Shown here in pieces: positions 28,701 to 38,148 of a stretch of DNA of 44,838 nt. Source of the stretch: Thermoplasmata archaeon (lineage in GTDB: Archaea; Thermoplasmatota; Thermoplasmata; Lutacidiplasmatales; UBA184); contig JAKAWP010000007.1 in the NCBI GenBank assembly GCA_021816955.1, positions 1 through 44,838 on the forward strand, in the 5' to 3' direction. How positions within the stretch are numbered: position 1 is the stretch's first letter; each line of letters starts with the position of its first letter. The position numbers and the translations under genes are program-made. The notes under the pieces were generated by a model. That model had not been told where the DNA came from and made no database searches. It saw only the letters and a program-made list of their open reading frames with translations.

Positions 28701-29295
28701 CGTAAGGCGATTGACCAACGGTGAGGGAAACCGGCGAGAGACGAGGGCGACGCATCCAAAGATCCGGTCGAACTCAGGAGAGCAGAGGTTCTGCTGTCAA
28801 GCGGGCCCGGGTGCAACCCGAGCGCGGATGAACGACGGTGCTCTCCTCGTCTGGGTTCCCGACCGAGGATCGACAAGCACTGGGGTGGCCGTCGGCCAGG
28901 CGCGAGCCTCCGTTGCTTCCAGGGGAGGGATCGGGGCCCAACATCGCAGGATCGCGGCAGACGGTAGAGGTGGCCGGGGTTCCTGGGGGCTTGGGAACGG
29001 ACGAGCGCTGTCGGCACGCGCAACCTCGGCAGACGAACCTGTCCGATTCGACCTCGCCGGCAGGTTCCCCGCCGGGAGGGCCGGACCGACGTTGCGATCC
29101 GGTCTCGGCCGTCAATCGGTGGGCGGGGTCCAATCCCTCCCGACCGACCTTCGTGCATGCGGTACGCGGCCGGAGGGAGGCCCGTACCCGAGAGAATGCG
29201 TCCAATCGAAATCGGATGAACTCGCCTCGTCGGGAGACGGTAGAAGCGCTGTCGGGAGCTCAAAAATATATCACCATCTCGTGCTCGGGTTCCCC

Positions 29296-32200
29296 ATGGC
29301 CCTCACGAGGCGACGCGGGGCTAGGTTGTGGGACGAGAGAAAAGGACACGCGCACCACGCCGTCGTGGTGGGCGTTTTGGGCCTTGCGCTATTGTTGGTT
29401 CTCCCGGCGGGGTCGTGGATCTCCTCTCCGGCGAGTGGGGGCGGGCTGACGCCCCCCGCCGGCGGGCCGGTCTCCTCTTCGTTGTCCCTTTCGATGCTTC
29501 GGTCCGCGCCGCTTGCGCCGGTGGACCTCCAAGCGGCCCATCCATGGACGGTGCCGGTTCGGGTCGGTCCGGCGCCGAGCGCCCCTCTCCTGGTCGATCT
29601 CAGCTTCCCCCCGGCCAACGAGACCCGATTGCTTTCGTTCCTCACGTCGCTGGTCACACCCTCCTCCCCGGCGTACCACCACTACCTCACGCAAACAGAG
29701 TTTGACGCGGAGTTCGGAGGCCCGACGGCGGCGTACACCGCCGCCGAGGCGTACGTCCAGTCATTCGGAGCGACGATCGTTCAGACGATGAGCGATCGCC
29801 TGCTGCTTCCGATCGAAGGTTCTCCCGCAGTCTTGGGGAAGATCTTTCACACCTCGTTCGCGGAGTATCGTGCGGGGCCGAGGACGTATGTCGCTCCCAC
29901 GTCGGTCCCGGAACTTCCGGCACCCCTGGCCGGTTCGATTTCGGGCGTGATCGGCCTGAGCACCTACGGTTCTCTTTCTCTCGCGCCCCTCGTATCGAAG
30001 ACGGCGGTCCTGCCCCGCTCGGCGGTACCGCTGTCCGCGCCGACGAGCGGGCCGGCGCCCGGGTTTTTGCCCCCTCCCACACGCAACGGTACCCAGTACG
30101 AGTACGCGCCCGACTACCAAGTCGCATACAACGAATACAATCTGCTTCGTCAATACGGATATCCGACCAACGTAACGATTGGTGTGGTGCTCTGGGCGGG
30201 AACGAACGCGAGTGGCCAGCCGGTGGCGCCGTACAACCCCTCGGACGTCTATGCGTACTACAACGAGACCCTCCCACCGTATGAACTCCGCCCGGTGTTC
30301 CGACCTCTGCCGCTGCTCGGCGCTCCCCGGCCCGGGCCCAGCGCGCAATGGGACAACACGTCAGCGGCGATAGAGATGACTCTTGATCTTGAGATGGCCG
30401 GGAGCACGGCGCCGGGCGCTCAGATCGTTCCCGTCTACGCTCCTCGCCGGTTCCAAACGGTCGCCGGATCGTTCTATGCCATTTCGGTCCTCCTGAACCC
30501 GAACAGCTCTCAGCCGTACCTGCGCCACCTGGCAGTCGTCACGAATTCTTTCGTCACAACGGACGTCAATTACACGGCATACTACTATGCCGCTCAGGAG
30601 GCCCAAGCCCGCGGCATATCGATCCTTGCCGCCAGTGGGGATGATGGATCGAGCAACGCGAGCCCCAAGCGCGTACCCAACAACTTGGATCTTGTTGGAG
30701 CACCGGCCTCCGCCGCGTGGAACACCTTCGGAACGGTCGCGGTCGGGGGTTCGGTCGATACCCTCTCCAACGATACCACGTCGCCTCTCTATCTCCATCT
30801 CGTGAACCAGACGGTGTGGTTCCAGAACACCTCGGCCGGCCCCTATGGAAGTAGCGGGGGAGTCTCGCACGTCTTTCCGGAACCGATCTGGCAGAAGCAG
30901 AGCCTGGCCAATGGGGTCATCCAATCCACGGGCGAATCGGGACGGGGTGTACCGGATATCTCGGGCTTGGCCAACAACACGCCTATCACCATCACACATT
31001 TTGGGTACTTCTACAAGGCGACCAATGCGAGCGTGCCCGGGGGGAAAATCGTGCCGGAAGCCGGGACAAGTATTGCTTCGCCCCTCCTGGCCGGTGTCTT
31101 CGCGACGATCGACTCGGTACTGACTCGGTTGGGCCAAGGATGGATCGGGTTTCCGGATCCGGTCCTCTATCGCCTCGGGACGGCCCAGTATGCCGCTCCT
31201 CCCTTCGTCCGCGCCGGGCCGTCGCTTCGAGGGTACAACACCTTGGGTTACGGCCCGTCGCAGCTCCCGAACTTGGTGTTCCTCGACGTGAAGTACGGAG
31301 CGAACGCGCTGTACCCGGCCCTCCCCGGCTATGACCTGGTGACGGGTTGGGGCGCGGTCGACGCGTACAACTTGACCGAATATCTCGGGTTATCGTCCCC
31401 GCTGGGTAATTGGGGGACCCTGGGTGGGATTCGGGCGAACGTGACGCTGGCCGGGCTTAATGCGACGACCTCCGCGTTGTCCCCGGGTTCGACCATCCGC
31501 TTCAATGCCAGCGTCGAATTGACGGGGGTGCTGGCGTCCGCGTTGGGGACGCCGTTGTACGACGTGAAGAACCTGGTCCGCTTCTACGCGGAGGGGACGA
31601 GCTGGTTCGCGAACGAGAGCGGTTGGGCGGTGTATCCGTCGCCGCTCACCTACCTGGGCTCCGATCTTCTCTCCACATACAACTTCACCGGCGAGACGAT
31701 TCCGGTCACGTTCCCATTTGCCGTCAGCCTTTCCACGACGCTTGTCCCAGCGAACGGGACCACCCCGGCCGGGCTCGTCTTCCGGTTCGACAACCAGTCC
31801 GTGACGCTACCGGTCCCTGGGGCCTCGTATTTCATTGGGAGCGGGAATTGGACCTATTGGTGGGGAGGAAGCCAAGTCCCAGCCCCGACCTCTCTTGCGC
31901 CGGAATTCACCCTGACCGCAGGCACGGTCGGCGGGACCGCGTTCTTCGGTCCCCCGACGGCCGGTCGTGTCTCTCTGGCGGTCCAGCCGAGCGGATCGAC
32001 GCAGTACCTTCCGGCGAATGTATCGGTGATCAGCGCGACGAGCCCTGCCCAGGAGTCCGCGGTCAACCTTTCTTGGACAGCTCTCCCCGGGGGCAACGCC
32101 ACATTCGGTTATGCCGCGGGTGGCAGCGACCAAGGGGTTCAGTTCACGGAGCCAACGGGCGTCTACCCGCTTCGGATCCAGCTGTTCCAGCATCCGGCGT

Positions 32201-33135
32201 ACCTGCGCTGGACCGCTGACGTCGTGAGCGTGAAACCGAATCTGGTCGAAACCACCACGGGGAGTGACATCGTCTTCCTCTTGCCGAACGGTACCTATCT
32301 CCTCTCGTTTTCGAACGCCGGCGAAGAGGGCACTGTCGTCGCGGGACCTTTAGGGAAGTACCTACAGGCGACCATCGACGGCGTCGGGGTGTCGTACATC
32401 GTTACTTTCGTGGGCCCTACGGCCGCGGTTGCGTTCGACGAGAGCGGCTTGCCCGCGAACCTGACGTGGGGCATCCGTTTCACGACGAGTTTGCCCTCCC
32501 TAAACTACACGCAAACCTTGAACAAGACCTTGCGGACAACGGGAGGCCCGGCCACCCTTCAATTCCCGCTCTTTATCCCCACGATGCCCGCCTTCCTGCC
32601 TATCCTCTACACGTATCGAATCTCGGACATTCCCGGCTGGCACCAGACCGGAGTGCCGTACGAAGGGCGGCTCGCTGTGCCGCTGAACTCGAGTCTCATC
32701 ACCGTGTCGTTGATGTACCATCCCGTCACCTACGCCATCACATTTAGGGAATCGGGTCTTCCGACGGGAACGATTTGGCTGGCCGCGATCGGGGGCGGCG
32801 GCCCGGCCGCTTCCGGCACCTCGTCGACGCTCGTCCTGGCGGAGGGAAACGGCTCGTACGGGTTTGTCGTCGGGTCCTCCGGAGGGTACGCGGCCGAGCC
32901 CGGGGCGGGAAGCATCACGGTACAGGGAGCCAACGTGACGGTTCTGATCGCCTTCTCGGCGCCCCCCTCTCCCACGGCGTCGTCCGGGTTCCTCGGCCTG
33001 CCGGGAAACAGCGGGTACGTGGTCTTGGGCGGGGCGATGGTGGTGGTCGCCGTGGCGGCCGTCGCGCTGCTCCGTCGGCGTCCACGGACGCCCCGCGCCG
33101 GGACCGGGGACGGAGTTTCCCCGATGAACCGCTAG
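29296..33135 (+). CDS. Secreted, membrane-anchored S53 (sedolisin/kumamolisin) protease with long C-terminal extension
   Basis: Signal-like N-terminus; pro-domain (SPAYHHYLT..EF..EFG); EMTLD (E-x3-D), AASGDDG, RGVPDIS, GTSIASP, GYDLVTGWG; ESGLP repeats; C-terminal TM plus RRRPR; AAAAATATAT about 25 nt before ATG 29296. Confidence 0.92.
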   Translation: MALTRRRGARLWDERKGHAHHAVVVGVLGLALLLVLPAGSWISSPASGGGLTPPAGGPVSSSLSLSMLRSAPLAPVDLQAAHPWTVPVRVGPAPSAPLLVDLSFPPANETRLLSFLTSLVTPSSPAYHHYLTQTEFDAEFGGPTAAYTAAEAYVQSFGATIVQTMSDRLLLPIEGSPAVLGKIFHTSFAEYRAGPRTYVAPTSVPELPAPLAGSISGVIGLSTYGSLSLAPLVSKTAVLPRSAVPLSAPTSGPAPGFLPPPTRNGTQYEYAPDYQVAYNEYNLLRQYGYPTNVTIGVVLWAGTNASGQPVAPYNPSDVYAYYNETLPPYELRPVFRPLPLLGAPRPGPSAQWDNTSAAIEMTLDLEMAGSTAPGAQIVPVYAPRRFQTVAGSFYAISVLLNPNSSQPYLRHLAVVTNSFVTTDVNYTAYYYAAQEAQARGISILAASGDDGSSNASPKRVPNNLDLVGAPASAAWNTFGTVAVGGSVDTLSNDTTSPLYLHLVNQTVWFQNTSAGPYGSSGGVSHVFPEPIWQKQSLANGVIQSTGESGRGVPDISGLANNTPITITHFGYFYKATNASVPGGKIVPEAGTSIASPLLAGVFATIDSVLTRLGQGWIGFPDPVLYRLGTAQYAAPPFVRAGPSLRGYNTLGYGPSQLPNLVFLDVKYGANALYPALPGYDLVTGWGAVDAYNLTEYLGLSSPLGNWGTLGGIRANVTLAGLNATTSALSPGSTIRFNASVELTGVLASALGTPLYDVKNLVRFYAEGTSWFANESGWAVYPSPLTYLGSDLLSTYNFTGETIPVTFPFAVSLSTTLVPANGTTPAGLVFRFDNQSVTLPVPGASYFIGSGNWTYWWGGSQVPAPTSLAPEFTLTAGTVGGTAFFGPPTAGRVSLAVQPSGSTQYLPANVSVISATSPAQESAVNLSWTALPGGNATFGYAAGGSDQGVQFTEPTGVYPLRIQLFQHPAYLRWTADVVSVKPNLVETTTGSDIVFLLPNGTYLLSFSNAGEEGTVVAGPLGKYLQATIDGVGVSYIVTFVGPTAAVAFDESGLPANLTWGIRFTTSLPSLNYTQTLNKTLRTTGGPATLQFPLFIPTMPAFLPILYTYRISDIPGWHQTGVPYEGRLAVPLNSSLITVSLMYHPVTYAITFRESGLPTGTIWLAAIGGGGPAASGTSSTLVLAEGNGSYGFVVGSSGGYAAEPGAGSITVQGANVTVLIAFSAPPSPTASSGFLGLPGNSGYVVLGGAMVVVAVAAVALLRRRPRTPRAGTGDGVSPMNR

Positions 33136-33441
33136 TAACCGCTAGTGCGGGAGGGCGGGGACTTTTCCTCGGCTCCAAGCCCGTGGGCTTCCCCTTCCTC
33201 CCTGCCCTTGAACGCCACAAGGTCCGCGGGGGCCCCTCTCTCGTTCGGGCGATCGCCCGGACCGTCGACCGCGCCGATCCCCTCGAGGTTGGCCCACCGT
33301 TCGCCGACGTTGCCCATCTGCGTCGAAGCGGATGCGCCGCTCCGTTCCTCCCCCTGCGAAGGTGTCGACGTTCCACGAACCCCGGTCCTCAGCGGGCGAC
33401 CAGCGACGCCCTCGGCCCGTCGAACGGGCGGACGTCGATTC

Positions 33442-34854
33442 CAGTGCTTGGCAACCGGCCGCCTGACGTGACTTGCTGAGTTCTCGGGGGGTGCGGCATA
33501 CTCCCTTCCGATGGAGATTCCTGTTGAAGAGGGAAGCACCGCGGACGACTCGGTGTGTACCCCAGACGCCGCGGCGGCGGTCTTGCGACCGCAGCGAAGG
33601 GAGCTCGTCACCGAAAGAAATACTCGCCGCCTCGTCGGACCCGCTGGAAACCGCGAGTCCTCTCGGACCGACAGGTCCGCTCGGCCGCCCTCTTCTGGCT
33701 CCTCCCGCTCCTGAAGAGTGCCCTCTGTCGAACCTTCCGCCCACCCACGGTGCGCGACACGGCCGACCTACTGCTGAGGGCCGCCGTCCTCCGCGCCTCC
33801 GTCCATCGAGCCCGGGCCCAGAGTCGACGGGGACACTCCGACCGCACCGCCCGATGGCTCTTCGCTCACCTCAGTCTCGGGCGGACCCAACGGGCCCTGA
33901 CCTTCATGCTCCGCCGCCCGATCCGTGGCCGCGTCCCGAAGGACCCGGTCGATGTCGCCATCGACTTCCACGACCGACCGTACTACGGCCCGCCTCAGGA
34001 TGCGCGTCGGCGCCAAGTGGTGAAGACGAAGGAGGAGCGGGGCACCCACCGGGCCCACCGCTTCGCTTCCCTCTCGATCCTCCTGCCTCGCTTCCGTCTC
34101 ATCGCCTCGCTGCGGTTCCACCCGAGGAACGGCGGCACCCTCACCGCCGTTCGTGCCGCCCTCCACGACTTCCAGATGGCAGGCGGGAAGCTCCGCGCCG
34201 TCTTCCTCGACCGGGGGTTCTACAACTATGTCGTCCTCTCGTGGTTGAAGGCTCCGGGGATCACCGCGGTCGTCCCCCTCCGCCTCGGCTCCCGCCAGCG
34301 CAAGAAGTGGGAGCGCGGGAAGCGCTCCTACTCGACCACCCACACGCTGAAGGGCCCCCGCCGAGGAGATCCTCCTCTGGAAGTGACGATCCATGTTGTC
34401 GTCCGCTACCAGATGGGTCGGAAGTGGGACCGCCACGGCAGTCAGTACCTGATCTACGCCGTGCTCGGCGACAGGTCGCTGAAGGAGGTGGCCGACCGCT
34501 ATCGGGGGCGCTTCGGCATCGAGTCTAGCTACAGAATTCTCGGCCAGGCAATGGCCCGCACGTCAAGCCGCTCCCCGGCGCTGCGCCTCCTCCAGGTCGG
34601 GGTGGGAATGCTCCTCCAGAACGAATGGGTCATCCTCAAGCTGCTCTACGCGAGCGAAGGTCGGCAGGGTCCGGTCGGGTTCCGCATCCGCGAGGAACTC
34701 CTCCGCTTCGAGGATCTCCTCCAGATGCTGCTGCGGGCCGTCGGGTATCGCCTCGGGAACGTCTGCGCGGTGGAGAATCGACGGAGACTACCGACTCGCC
34801 TTCGTCGGCAGGGACTTACGTTGCTCTGACGGAGGTGGTCATTGCCAAGTACTG
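33442..34854 (+). mobile_element. ISH3-family insertion sequence
   Basis: Terminal inverted repeats CAGTGCTTGGCAA (33442-33454) and TTGCCAAGTACTG (34842-34854), 12 of 13 matching, around one transposase. Confidence 0.85.
33555..34829 (+). CDS. ISH3-family DDE transposase, apparently intact
   Basis: VAIDFHDRPYYG, GT......FASL, FLDRGFY, YRGRFGIESSYR, ARTSSRSPALR. Confidence 0.88.
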   Translation: MYPRRRGGGLATAAKGARHRKKYSPPRRTRWKPRVLSDRQVRSAALFWLLPLLKSALCRTFRPPTVRDTADLLLRAAVLRASVHRARAQSRRGHSDRTARWLFAHLSLGRTQRALTFMLRRPIRGRVPKDPVDVAIDFHDRPYYGPPQDARRRQVVKTKEERGTHRAHRFASLSILLPRFRLIASLRFHPRNGGTLTAVRAALHDFQMAGGKLRAVFLDRGFYNYVVLSWLKAPGITAVVPLRLGSRQRKKWERGKRSYSTTHTLKGPRRGDPPLEVTIHVVVRYQMGRKWDRHGSQYLIYAVLGDRSLKEVADRYRGRFGIESSYRILGQAMARTSSRSPALRLLQVGVGMLLQNEWVILKLLYASEGRQGPVGFRIREELLRFEDLLQMLLRAVGYRLGNVCAVENRRRLPTRLRRQGLTLL

Positions 34855-35360
34855 GAATCGCTCTCGCGCATCCGCATGGACTTCCGCAAGTCCGGCTTCT
34901 CAAGCTGCTTTGGCTCGCCGAACTCAAGTACTACGAGCGGACCGGAAGGAGGCTGACGCGGGCAAAGTGGTGGCGGTGGAACTACGGCCCTTACAGCAAG
35001 GACGCGATCAATACCGTGAAGCGGGACACGAAGACCTTCCGGGTCGAGCGGCAGCAGGATGAGAGCTGGCAAACTGGCCGTGTCATTCATGCGAATCCCC
35101 GGGCGGTGAAGGGGCCCTCCGACCGCGAGGGGCTTCGGGCCATCGACGACGTCCTGGCGACGTACGGAGAGTACACGAACGAGGAGCTGGTTCAGGAAGT
35201 CTACGCCGACCCGTTCTTCGAGGCGACGCCGTTCAGCGCCGACTTCGACTTTGCGAAGCTGACCGACTACCGTCGAACTCTGCCGGAGTCCGAAGAACGA
35301 CGGCTGCTCGAACTCCCGACCAAACCCGTAGCCACCCTCGCCGAGCTGTTCGCTCCCTAG
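34842..35360 (+). CDS. Panacea (DUF4065/SocA-like) antitoxin, 5' end replaced by the IS end
   Basis: LLKLLWLAELKYYERTGRRLT.......YGPYS core; VLATYG......LVQEVY...F; TTG start lies inside the IS terminal repeat. Confidence 0.8.
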   Translation: MPSTGIALAHPHGLPQVRLLKLLWLAELKYYERTGRRLTRAKWWRWNYGPYSKDAINTVKRDTKTFRVERQQDESWQTGRVIHANPRAVKGPSDREGLRAIDDVLATYGEYTNEELVQEVYADPFFEATPFSADFDFAKLTDYRRTLPESEERRLLELPTKPVATLAELFAP

Positions 35361-35369
35361 CGGATCCGG

Positions 35370-35680
35370 ATGGCCGACCGGACTCCCGCCGCGGCGTGGC
35401 GCCTGGAGAGGACCGATGAGTTCGAGGAGGAACTCAAGCGGGCCTGCGGAAAGGACGGCGCCCTACGATCGCGAGTCGCGAAGAAGATACGGAAAATCCT
35501 CGAGGACCCTGAACATATTGGCGAGTGGAGGAGAGGAGCGTTGAAGGGATTGAAGTCGGAGTACGTGAACCCGTTCGTCATCCCTTTCAGCTACGAGCTG
35601 ACAATAGACAACCCCCCGGGGTCGTCTACCTGCGAGGGTTCTGGCACCACAACGACCGCCGTTACGATCCGAGCCGATGA
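35370..35680 (+). pseudogene. RelE/ParE-like toxin with a frameshift near the C-terminus
   Basis: WRLERTDEFEEELK...KKIRKILEDP..G...G.LKGL; the expected tail VVYLRGFWHHNDRRY...TGA (35678-35680) is out of frame after the C6G4 run at about 35612-35621. Confidence 0.75.
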
Positions 35681-36258
35681 GGCGGGGACTATTCGGGCCC
35701 CGCGGATGTAGAACCATAAGCGTTCGACTCCCTTCCGACCCGTTCTGATACCGGCCGTGCTTGGCCCGTCCGTCCTAAACCTTCGTAGGGGGGGACGGGT
35801 GGGGCGATCCCAGGGTTACCGTCCGCCCACGGGCGAGAGGCGGGCAGAGACCGAGTCGAAGGAAGGGCCGCCGTCACCGTTGCTAGTCCGGAGCTGGGGA
35901 ACGACCGGCGCGACGTTCCCCCAAGGGCTCGACCCGTCGTCAATGGGCTCGCGACCGTTGGCCGATCCTCGCGCCAGGAACTCCGGATGCGATTCGAAGG
36001 GCCACCAACGGCGTCCCTTCGGTCCCTCACGCGCTTTGGTCAAATCGAGTAACTGTCAGCGTGCTTCGCACGCGAGAGGGGAACCGCCGAGTGGGGCGAC
36101 GGAACCGTCGTGACGAAGGAGAGGGACGGTCGATGACGTCGGTCGGAAGACCCCGCCGAACAACCCGCTCGCGGGAGTGTGTATTTTAAGGGCCCAACCC
36201 CATGTCGACCGCGAAGGTCACCCTCTCGAGGCGAAGGGTCCGAGAGAAGGAACGATCG

Positions 36259-36528
36259 ATGCTGAAGGTCCGCCTCGACAGCTGGCTGAGCGAGTTTGGT
36301 CCCCGAGGCCAAGAACGGGTGGAGGCTCGTAGCATCGAGCAACTGATCGAAGCGCTCGAGCGGAAGTACCCCCGCCTCCGTTTCAAGCTCCGCGACGAGA
36401 CGGGCAACCTCCGACGTTTCGTCCGCGTTTTCGTCGACGGAGAGGACGTAAGCGGAAGGGCCGGGGTAGCGACCCCTTTGACGGGCTCCGAGACCATCGA
36501 TATCCTCCATTCGATCGCGGGCGGCTAG
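36259..36528 (+). CDS. MoaD/ThiS/SAMP ubiquitin-like protein
   Basis: 89 aa beta-grasp pattern (LIEALERKYP, FVRVFVDGED), C-terminal IAGG; alternative start at 36202. Confidence 0.92.
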   Translation: MLKVRLDSWLSEFGPRGQERVEARSIEQLIEALERKYPRLRFKLRDETGNLRRFVRVFVDGEDVSGRAGVATPLTGSETIDILHSIAGG

Positions 36529-36561
36529 TCCCGGCCGGTGGGGAAGGGGAGCAGGGGGAAC

Positions 36562-37692
36562 ATGACGAAGAAGGGAGTGGTCCGGGTGCTGCTCGGGACG
36601 AGAAAAGGAACGTACGTCGTCACCGGCGACCTGGCCCGACGTCGCTGGAAGGTCGGTCCGCCGGCTCACGTGGGAAGCGACGTCTACCACGTCGTCGCGG
36701 ATCCGCGACGGCCGGGAGACCTCTATGCGGCCGTGAACGACAACTTTTGGGGCCCGATGGTACAGCGCTCGGACGACTGGGGCCGGACCTGGCGGGAAGT
36801 GGCGACCCCCCTTACCCCGCTCAAGAAGCAGCGGAACCCGACCTTCGATGCCGATCATCCGACCGCGTCGGTCCCTCGTCCGCTCAACAACCTCTGGCAC
36901 ATCGAACCGGGACGAGCCGAAGAATCGGAGACGCTCTATCTCGGGGCCGATCCGCACTATCTGTTCCGCACGCCGGACCGAGGGGCGACCTGGGAGCCGG
37001 TGGAGGCGATCAACCACCACCCGGACCGAAAGAACTGGGCGCCCGGTGCCGGAGGTCACTGCCTCCACACGATCCTGCTGGACCCGCGGGACGCCAACCG
37101 CCTCTACGTCGGCCTGTCGGCCGTGGGCACGTTCCGCTCGGACGACGGAGGCCGATCATGGACCCCCAAGAACCGAGGGGTCCGGACACCGTTCCTCCCG
37201 GAGAAGTACCCGGAAACCGGCCAGTGCGTGCACCACGTCGCGATGGACTCGGCCGATCCCGACACATTCTACCGCCAGGACCACGGCGGGATGTACGTCT
37301 CCCACGACCGCATGGATCATTGGACCCGGATCGGAAGGCCGCTCGGCGACGACTTCGGCTTCGGGGTCGCCTCCCCTACCTCCGCCCCGGGGCTCGCCTA
37401 CTTCGTTCGGCTGGACGGACGGGCGCGGGTGACGGGCGAAGGGTACCTTCAAGTCTGGGAGTGGAACGGCCGTCGGCGGCGGTGGCGAGGGCTCCTCAGG
37501 CCGAACGATTTCCCGGGCCACTTCGGGGTACAGCGAGAAGGGATCGCGACCGACACCTTGACCCCGCACGGGGTGTACGTCGGTACGACGACGGGCCAGT
37601 TATTCGTGAGCGCGAACGGCGGCACGACGTGGAGCCAGGTCCCGTTCCAATTCCCGGGGATCCACTCCGTGAGCGTCGCAGCTCCGACGTAA
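36562..37692 (+). CDS. BNR/Asp-box beta-propeller protein (sialidase-like fold), no signal peptide
   Basis: Asp boxes SDDWGRTW, TPDRGATW, SDDGGRSW, SANGGTTW; LLGTRKG N-terminus; GGHCLH, GQCVHH, QDHGG. Confidence 0.9.
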   Translation: MTKKGVVRVLLGTRKGTYVVTGDLARRRWKVGPPAHVGSDVYHVVADPRRPGDLYAAVNDNFWGPMVQRSDDWGRTWREVATPLTPLKKQRNPTFDADHPTASVPRPLNNLWHIEPGRAEESETLYLGADPHYLFRTPDRGATWEPVEAINHHPDRKNWAPGAGGHCLHTILLDPRDANRLYVGLSAVGTFRSDDGGRSWTPKNRGVRTPFLPEKYPETGQCVHHVAMDSADPDTFYRQDHGGMYVSHDRMDHWTRIGRPLGDDFGFGVASPTSAPGLAYFVRLDGRARVTGEGYLQVWEWNGRRRRWRGLLRPNDFPGHFGVQREGIATDTLTPHGVYVGTTTGQLFVSANGGTTWSQVPFQFPGIHSVSVAAPT

Positions 37693-38148
37693 GAACCTGA
37701 CGGCAGCCCTCGCCTCGGTTTGACGCGGCGACCCGAGAGTTCCTTTTGTTCGGATCGAGCCGTCCGAATCCGAAAGTAGTTCGTCGAATCGGTCGACCCG
37801 CGGACACCGACCTTCCTAGGCCGGCCCCCGGGCGAATCGGGCCGGCGCGAACGGCGGCCGAGCCGCTTCCCTTCGTCGTTCGCGGGACGGTAAGACCCCC
37901 TCCCCCCGTCGTGAGCGCTCGATCGAACGGACCTGGCCGCGATCGAACGCGGGAAACAGCCGCGGGTGCGCCGATCGAGACGCCGCCCCGACGACCTTCG
38001 CGGCCTTGAGCGTGTTCCCCGTCGCCCTCTACCATCGGAGTCGGGCGCCGGACGAAGGCTCTTCGGTCCGGCGGGTCAGACGCCTTGCCGCAGATACTAG
38101 CTTTCCTCCAAAACACTAAGCGCGAACGCACCTAGCGGTCCGACGAAC

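Noticed and set aside
28408-33135. 1575-aa ORF as a single integrase-protease fusion
   Set aside because: Integrase similarity shifts frame near 28670, the next roughly 200 codons look non-coding, and the protease has its own TATA box, ATG (29296) and signal sequence
33150-33190. GAGGAAAAGTCC on the minus strand resembling the RNase P RNA P4 motif or an IS605 right end
   Set aside because: An RNase P RNA would run into the protease gene and no 3' P4 partner is visible; no TnpB motifs upstream; on + the T-run fits a terminator
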